A stretch of DNA of 49,994 nucleotides. Source: an uncultured Syntrophus sp. (GTDB lineage Bacteria > Desulfobacterota > Syntrophia > Syntrophales > UBA5619). The DNA lies in NCBI GenBank assembly GCA_964552725.1, contig CAZKHU010000005.1:1-49994 (forward strand). The letters are read 5' to 3'. Made by a program: the position numbers and the translations under genes. Of the stretch, positions 44,762 to 49,994 are shown in pieces (positions within the stretch are counted from its first letter, which is position 1; each line of letters begins with the position of its first letter). The notes under the pieces were generated by a model that was not told the DNA's origin, did not search any database, and was given only the letters and a program-made list of their open reading frames with translations.

Positions 44762-44831
44762 TATATGGTGTACAGGAAAGATGAATATGGGACAATTGTA
44801 CAGAGGGGAAGAACCGCTGAAATAGTTAGTC

Positions 44832-44847
44832 TGGAACAGATATTGCA
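44832..44847 (+). promoter_or_regulatory. Sigma54 (-24/-12) promoter candidate for the hybrid kinase
   Basis: TGGAACAGATATTGCA lies 48 nt upstream of the GTG at 44895. It is divergent from the 44746 promoter. Confidence 0.5.
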
Positions 44848-44894
44848 CGGAGCACACACTTGCCCACTGACGTCAAAAATGAAGGGAAGGTAAA

Positions 44895-47300
44895 GTGAAA
44901 TATTTTCAATCTATCAGAACACAACTATTATTGGCTATTGCCATCGCCCTTTTTGTATTTCTCATGATGGCCATGGGGGGACTGTACATATTCGTAAAAG
45001 AGGAGCTGACCAGAGAGTCAATAGAGAAAGTAACGGAGATTGGCAACGTGCTTAAGGCCGCGCTGAAAAAACAGATGGTTGCACACGATGCAGAACTGCT
45101 GAATACCTTGGTTGCTGAAATTATGGCTTATAAAAAAATTTCAGGTATATCAATCATCAATGCCGATGGAGTTGTTAAATTTTCTTCAGATCCTGCATTC
45201 ATTGGGGAAAAAATATTTAAGGACAGCGAAGGATGCCATCATGATGCAGCGGGGAGAAACAGCCTGACACGGCAAACAAGAAATTCCCACGGCGCCTCTA
45301 TTTTGAGAAATGTAACTCACATATACAATGAAGCGCCGTGTTTTCAATGCCATCCTGCCCGCCAAAAGAATCTCGGACTCCTGCTTGTCGACTATTCAAC
45401 AGCCGGGACAGATGCACTTATTTCCTCAACGCTTTCAAGATTATTTCTAACCACACTGATCGCTTTTATCATCATTTCTTTAGTAATATTCTATATTGCC
45501 AATCGGCTGATCTACAAACCGATTACTCTGCTTATGGACGGCGCCCGGGAACTTAAAAATGGCAATTTCGGGAAGCAAATCCATTATGGAGAAAATACCG
45601 AATTCAAGATTCTGGCCGACTCCTTTAATGACATGTCTGAGAAGTTGCGAATCGGCAGGGATCACCTGGAGGATTGCATAGCGGAGCGCACCAGCGAACT
45701 TGAAATTTCCAATGAGCGGCTTGTCCGAGAGATCGTCGAGCGCAGTAAGGCGCTGGAGGCGCTGCATGAGAGCGAGGAGAACAACCGCCTGTTGCTTCAG
45801 GCCGCCGGTGACGGCATATTGGGGGTGAATTCAACAGGAAAGGTGACCTTTGTCAACCCTGCCGCCCTGCGCATGCTTGGGTTTGCAGAAGAAGAAATGT
45901 TAGGCCAGAGGCTGCACCCACTCATCCACCATTCCCACGAAGACGGCTCCAGCTACCCGATGGAGGAGTGCCCCATGTGCGCCTCCTATACTTATGCCAC
46001 AGCAAGCACTATGATTTCTTCGTTTCTCTGGCGCAAGGACGGCCATGCTTTCCCCGTGGAGTGCTCCAGCATGCCGATCATCACCAGGGACGGCAAGATC
46101 ACGGGTGCAGTGGTAATCTTTAAGGACCTCACCGAGCGCAAGCAGGCGGAGGCAGAGAAGCGACTTCTGGAAGAGCGTCTGCAACATGCGGACAAGATGG
46201 AGGCCATCGGGACGCTGGCGGGGGGCATTGCCCATGACTTCAACAATCTGCTCATGGGGATTCAGGGTTATGCCTCCCTGTCGTTGATGAACATCGATTC
46301 ATCACATCCCAATTATGAGAAGCTCAAACAGATTGAAGAGCAGGTGCAGCGCGGAGCGGATTTAACCAAACAGTTGCTCGGTTTTGCCCGGGGGGGAAGA
46401 TATGAGATAAGGCCGACCGATATGAACGAAATCCTTGAAAAGAGCTCCTCGATGTTCGGCAGAACCAAAAAGGAAGTCTCCATCTGTCGGAAATACGACA
46501 AGAATCTCTGGCCGGTGGAGGTTGATCGGGGACAGATGGAGCAGGTGTTCCTGAATCTGTATGTGAATGCCTGGCAGGCCATGCCGGGGGGCGGGGAAAT
46601 ATATATTGAGACGAGGAATGTTTTGTCTGATTATGCACCACTGGTTTCCTGCGCGGTCAGCCCGGGGAAGTATGTGAAAATAGCTGTCACCGATACCGGT
46701 ACCGGGATGGACGAGAAGACCAGGGAGCGTATTTTCGATCCCTTTTTCACGACGAAGGCCATGGGAAGAGGAACGGGACTGGGACTGGCGATGGTCTATG
46801 GAATCATCAAGGGTCACAAGGGCGTGATCACCGTTGACAGCGAGCCTGGCCGAGGGACGACATTCAATATCTATCTGCCTGCTTCTGAGCAGGAGGTGGT
46901 AACGGCAAAGACGACAACTGGAACAGTCGCCAGGGGCACGGAGACGATCCTGCTGGTGGATGATGAAAAAATGATTCTGGGAGTGAACAAGGAGCTGCTT
47001 GAATGCATGGGATACCGGGTCTATACGGCCGGCAGCGGCCAGGAGGCGATCGCCGTTTACATGGAGAAGCAAAAGGAAATCAACCTGGTCATTCTGGACA
47101 TGATTATGCCTGGTATCTCGGGTAGCGGCACCTTCGATCGCCTGCGGGAGCTCAATCCCGCTCTCAAGGTTCTTCTGGCCAGCGGTTACAGCATCAGCGG
47201 AGAAGCCCGAACAATCATGGACCGCGGCTGCAGCGGGTTTCTCCAGAAGCCCTTCCGTCTGGAAATCCTTTCCCGGACGGTCAGAGAAATGCTGGACTGA
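44895..47300 (+). CDS. Hybrid sensor histidine kinase (periplasmic CXXCH domain, HAMP, PAS, HisKA, HATPase, REC)
   Basis: Periplasmic domain ends [22 protein letters not shown], followed by TM2 and HAMP. PAS domain ([18 protein letters not shown]...). H-box IAHDFNNLL and HATPase [10 protein letters not shown]-terminal receiver (ILLVDDE...LDMIMPG). Confidence 0.9.
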   Translation: MKYFQSIRTQLLLAIAIALFVFLMMAMGGLYIFVKEELTRESIEKVTEIGNVLKAALKKQMVAHDAELLNTLVAEIMAYKKISGISIINADGVVKFSSDPAFIGEKIFKDSEGCHHDAAGRNSLTRQTRNSHGASILRNVTHIYNEAPCFQCHPARQKNLGLLLVDYSTAGTDALISSTLSRLFLTTLIAFIIISLVIFYIANRLIYKPITLLMDGARELKNGNFGKQIHYGENTEFKILADSFNDMSEKLRIGRDHLEDCIAERTSELEISNERLVREIVERSKALEALHESEENNRLLLQAAGDGILGVNSTGKVTFVNPAALRMLGFAEEEMLGQRLHPLIHHSHEDGSSYPMEECPMCASYTYATASTMISSFLWRKDGHAFPVECSSMPIITRDGKITGAVVIFKDLTERKQAEAEKRLLEERLQHADKMEAIGTLAGGIAHDFNNLLMGIQGYASLSLMNIDSSHPNYEKLKQIEEQVQRGADLTKQLLGFARGGRYEIRPTDMNEILEKSSSMFGRTKKEVSICRKYDKNLWPVEVDRGQMEQVFLNLYVNAWQAMPGGGEIYIETRNVLSDYAPLVSCAVSPGKYVKIAVTDTGTGMDEKTRERIFDPFFTTKAMGRGTGLGLAMVYGIIKGHKGVITVDSEPGRGTTFNIYLPASEQEVVTAKTTTGTVARGTETILLVDDEKMILGVNKELLECMGYRVYTAGSGQEAIAVYMEKQKEINLVILDMIMPGISGSGTFDRLRELNPALKVLLASGYSISGEARTIMDRGCSGFLQKPFRLEILSRTVREMLD

Positions 47301-47346
47301 GGAAAGTGGCGAGGGTAAGGGTCGAGTGGCTGTCCCCAATTAATCT

Positions 47347-47544
47347 ATGACCAGGTTGATCAAACAGGAAATCTTGGAGATAAGGAGCAAAAAGATGAAG
47401 GTTGCGCTGATGATCGACGAAGCTTCTCTTTTGCGTCTTGAGGTCTTTGCGGAACTTCACACCCTGACCCAGTTCGAACAGGATTCCAAGCCGTTTCTGC
47501 CAATCATCCTTTCCGGTCAGGTCAATCTCGTTGACAACCTTTAA
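47347..47544 (+). pseudogene. ExeA/GspA-like AAA+ ATPase fragment (mobile-element associated)
   Basis: ALMIDEASLLRLEVFAELHTLTQFEQDSKPFLPIILSGQ matches the Walker B / sensor region pattern of ExeA-type ATPases. Only about 65 aa are present. Confidence 0.4.
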
Positions 47545-47982
47545 CGGATCTTCCATAATCTCCACTCCCCGCAATGACCCCAATTCATCGATGCCTTCGG
47601 CGACTGTGACGTCCAAGTCCTGCCAGCAGCGGTAAAGCTCCCGCTCCAGGAGGTAAGCAAGCATAATTACAAAAACGTGCCCCCGTGTACTGCCTTCTGT
47701 ATGGACAAAGGTGGGACGAATCTCCAGATGACCCTGCTTGAACGTCCGGAATGCCCATTCCACCTGTGCCAGATCCTTATACCGGGCGTAAATCGCCTCT
47801 GCCGACATCACTGCTGCCGGCAGGTCGGTCTTGAGCACGTAACAACCGTCAAGTTGTGAAGCCTCCTGGCATGCCTCGCCGTTAAACTGGAGCGTCAATC
47901 GTCTTTCGTCAACGCCGATTTCGATCCATTCTTGCAATTTAAGCTTTTGGGCATATGTTGCCAGCGGCGACCTGAAAATGCA
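47532..47982 (-). pseudogene. IS1634-like transposase C-terminal remnant
   Basis: GCYVLKTD...YKDLAQVEWAFRTFK...RGHVFVIMLAYLL parallels the C-terminus of the intact transposase at 19432-21282. There is no start and no N-terminal two thirds. Boundaries are approximate. Confidence 0.55.
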
Positions 47983-48155
47983 TTAAAGCTGGCGGTGTGA
48001 ACATGATATGTGATGCAACAGAGTCTTCTTCCCTGGAAATTAATTTATAAATATTCTTCTTCCATTTTCTTCGTTTTGTTCCCGCCTCTTTCTTTATCAT
48101 AATTCACAAAGCCTCTATTTTCTTCTACCATTGACCCCAAGGAGATTCAAGGTCA

Positions 48156-48707
48156 ATGGAGCCAATAAAAGAGAAAATCTGCCGTAACTGCCATGATTTA
48201 TTCCCGCCGAATCCTCGCAATGCCACGCGCCAGGAATACTGCTGTAAACCAGAATGCCGGATAGCCAGTAAAGCTGACAGTCAAAAACGTTGGAACGAAA
48301 AGCCAGAGAACCGAAACTATTTTTGCGGACCTACAAACGTTCAACGCGTACAAGAGTGGCGAAAGGAGAACCCGGGCTACTGGCGTAGAAAATCCCGGAA
48401 AACGGTCATTGCGTTACAAGATACCTTAAATACGCAACCTACTGAAAATATGGATACAGCCGATCTGCCTTCCGATGCGTTACAAGATATCTTAAACACA
48501 CAACATATTGTATTATTAGGGTTAATAGCCAACTTTACGGGATCTGCGTTACAAGATGACATCGCTATAACCGTCCGCCGTTTGCTACAATTGGGACAAG
48601 ATGTAGTTAATAATTCTACCCAAAGCAAAGGAGGACAACATGGTATCGAAACAACCCATCTTTCCCGAAGGGGTCCGCCAGGTCCCCAAGCAGTTCAGTT
48701 GGCTTGA
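48156..48707 (+). CDS. Hypothetical protein with an N-terminal Cys4 zinc-ribbon-like motif and internal ALQD repeats
   Basis: CRNC...CCKPEC motif. Three ALQD(T/I/D) repeats are encoded by GCGTTACAAGAT direct repeats. It lies upstream of IS21 istA. Confidence 0.4.
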   Translation: MEPIKEKICRNCHDLFPPNPRNATRQEYCCKPECRIASKADSQKRWNEKPENRNYFCGPTNVQRVQEWRKENPGYWRRKSRKTVIALQDTLNTQPTENMDTADLPSDALQDILNTQHIVLLGLIANFTGSALQDDIAITVRRLLQLGQDVVNNSTQSKGGQHGIETTHLSRRGPPGPQAVQLA

Positions 48708-49038
48708 TCACCGCCTGATCCGCGACCATCATATTGAACAGTGCAGCCACCCGGCAGCGGCGCTTTATCTGTTTTTGGTCACCGTTGGCGATGCACGGGG
48801 ACTGAGCTATTACGCCGATGATTCGATCATGAGGCATCTTTCAATGGATCACATCACCCTGGAGAAAGCCAGGCAAAACCTGATTCGCATCGGCCTGATT
48901 GCCTGGCAAAAGCCGTTGTATCAAGTGTTGTCACTGGACATCGCTGAAAAAGAAGCCGCATCACGATCCGTTATGGACAAACCCCTCTCCATAGGCGACA
49001 TTCTCAACCGGGCCATGGGAGGGACGTCACATGATTGA
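48640..49038 (+). CDS. Hypothetical winged-helix-like protein
   Basis: 132 aa. Its stop overlaps the istA start (ATGATTGA). I recognise no family. Confidence 0.35.
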   Translation: MVSKQPIFPEGVRQVPKQFSWLDHRLIRDHHIEQCSHPAAALYLFLVTVGDARGLSYYADDSIMRHLSMDHITLEKARQNLIRIGLIAWQKPLYQVLSLDIAEKEAASRSVMDKPLSIGDILNRAMGGTSHD

Positions 49039-49994
49039 TTATGAGACCTTCATGCGAATCAAAACCTGCCATGAACAAAAGGGACTTACCTGCCCGCAGA
49101 TTTCCAGAGAGCTTGGCATTGATGAACGCACCGTACGTAAACTGCTCAATCAAAAACAATTTTGCCCACGGAAATCATCCCGGCAAAGCAGCAAGCTTGA
49201 TCCGTTTAAAGGCCAGATCATTTGCCTCTTGGAGACCCATTCCTATTCGGCAACCCAGATCTTCCAGCGCCTCCGGGAAGAAAACTTTGACGGCAGCTAC
49301 ACCATCGTAAAAGAATATGTGCGAAAGATAAGACCCCGAAGGGTGGAGCCGTTTCTCAAGTTATCCTTTGCACCGGGTGAATGCGCTCAGATAGATTGGG
49401 GATCATACGGCTCAGTCAATGTCGGAGCAACCAGCCGTAAACTCAGCTTCTTTGTCATGGTGCTTTGCCACAGCCGCATGATGTATGTCGAGTTTACCGT
49501 CTCTCAGACCATGGAGCATTTTCTGACCTGCCATCAGAATGCTTTTAACCGACTGGGCGTCCCCAAAAAAATCATGGTAGACAACCTCAAATCCGCAGTT
49601 CTTAACCGGGTTCTGGGCCAGAATCCGGTTCTCAATCCCAAATATCTGGACTTCGCCAATCACTACGGTTTTTCCATAGCGCCATGCGCCGTCAGAAAAG
49701 GCAACGAAAAAGGCCGTGTGGAAAATGGCGTTGGTTATGTCAAAAAAAACTTTCTGACAGGTTTTGATATATCCGACTTCAAGATCGTAAACCCTGCCGC
49801 CATCCATTGGCTCGATAACATAGCCAACATCCGTATTCATGGGGAAACCGGCAGAAAACCCGTTGATATGTTTAGTGAAGAACGCGGCTGTTTAATCAAG
49901 CTTCCCGCGTTCCCCTATGATGTCGCAACCATATCCCAGGTGAGCACGGACTTACTATTTGATGGCGAAAAGGCATCTTATCGGACACTAAACG
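49031..49994 (+). CDS. istA: IS21-family transposase IstA (partial, runs off the window end)
   Basis: My own translation from the ATG at 49031 gives MIDYETFMRIKTCHEQKGLTCPQISRELGIDERTVRKLL...CAQIDWGSYG...MVLCHSRMMYVEF...MVDNLKSAV...NEKGRVENGVGYVKKNF. The frame is open to 49994. It is absent from the ORF track because it has no stop. Confidence 0.85.
   Translation, partial: MIDYETFMRIKTCHEQKGLTCPQISRELGIDERTVRKLLNQKQFCPRKSSRQSSKLDPFKGQIICLLETHSYSATQIFQRLREENFDGSYTIVKEYVRKIRPRRVEPFLKLSFAPGECAQIDWGSYGSVNVGATSRKLSFFVMVLCHSRMMYVEFTVSQTMEHFLTCHQNAFNRLGVPKKIMVDNLKSAVLNRVLGQNPVLNPKYLDFANHYGFSIAPCAVRKGNEKGRVENGVGYVKKNFLTGFDISDFKIVNPAAIHWLDNIANIRIHGETGRKPVDMFSEERGCLIKLPAFPYDVATISQVSTDLLFDGEKASYRTLN

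Noticed and set aside
21651-47339. Long opposite-strand ORFs inside the cytochrome locus (21651-22718, 24059-24907, 29653-30606, 36545-37582, 38133-39206, 43377-44636, 46362-47339)
   Set aside because: Each overlaps a confidently called gene on the other strand (ccsA/resB, cytochromes, barrel, NHL, EBP, kinase). Their products show no motifs and have skewed composition, so I treat them as shadow ORFs.
49035-49840. ORFs 49035-49310 (+) and 49412-49840 (-)
   Set aside because: The first is out of frame with, and the second antisense to, the clearly recognisable IS21 istA reading frame that starts at 49031 and is open to the window end.
1-49994. rRNA, tRNA, CRISPR arrays, prophage structural genes
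   Set aside because: Intergenic regions are short. On inspection they contain only hairpins, REP-like elements and promoter-like motifs. I found no cloverleaf-like or regularly spaced repeat-spacer structure. A tRNAscan or CRISPR-finder run would be needed to be certain.

Overview
This window looks like an anaerobic Desulfobacterota/Syntrophia-type chromosome; that assignment is inferred from gene content only. I see four blocks.

(1) 1-2.8 kb holds a radical SAM gene and decayed fragments of regulator and Hsp70-like genes.

(2) 2.9-18.9 kb is an acyl-CoA catabolic island. It holds a TRAP transporter (dctPQM, minus strand). A plus-strand operon follows: family III CoA-transferase, acyl-CoA dehydrogenase, EtfBA, FixCX-like ETF:quinone oxidoreductase, a split B12-dependent acyl-CoA mutase, hydantoinase/oxoprolinase A and B, and a permease.

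(3) An intact IS1634-family element sits at 19.36-21.45 kb.

(4) 21.5-47.3 kb is the most interesting part. It is a roughly 23 kb supercluster, entirely on the minus strand. It contains seven secreted multihaem c-type cytochromes with at least 51 CXXCH sites, including three tandem paralogous 4-5 haem cytochromes. Interleaved are three paralogous NHL beta-propeller proteins, a PpiC/SurA-type PPIase and a roughly 700 aa beta-barrel outer-membrane protein. That barrel gene is frameshifted in a T10 tract as assembled. The cluster also has TPR and thioredoxin-fold proteins, two HAMP-only membrane proteins, a private ResB/CcsA haem-attachment pair and a sensor kinase plus sigma54 enhancer-binding response regulator. 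A divergent hybrid kinase lies at the edge. Four good -24/-12 sigma54 promoter matches sit exactly where this regulator would need them.

I interpret block 4 as a candidate trans-envelope electron conduit plus an assembly locus for extracellular or filament-forming cytochromes. I cannot assign it to a named system.

The right end (47.3-50 kb) is mobile-element debris followed by a partial IS21 istA that runs off the window. I found no rRNA, tRNA or CRISPR array by eye. Many long ORFs in the supplied track are antisense shadows of real genes.
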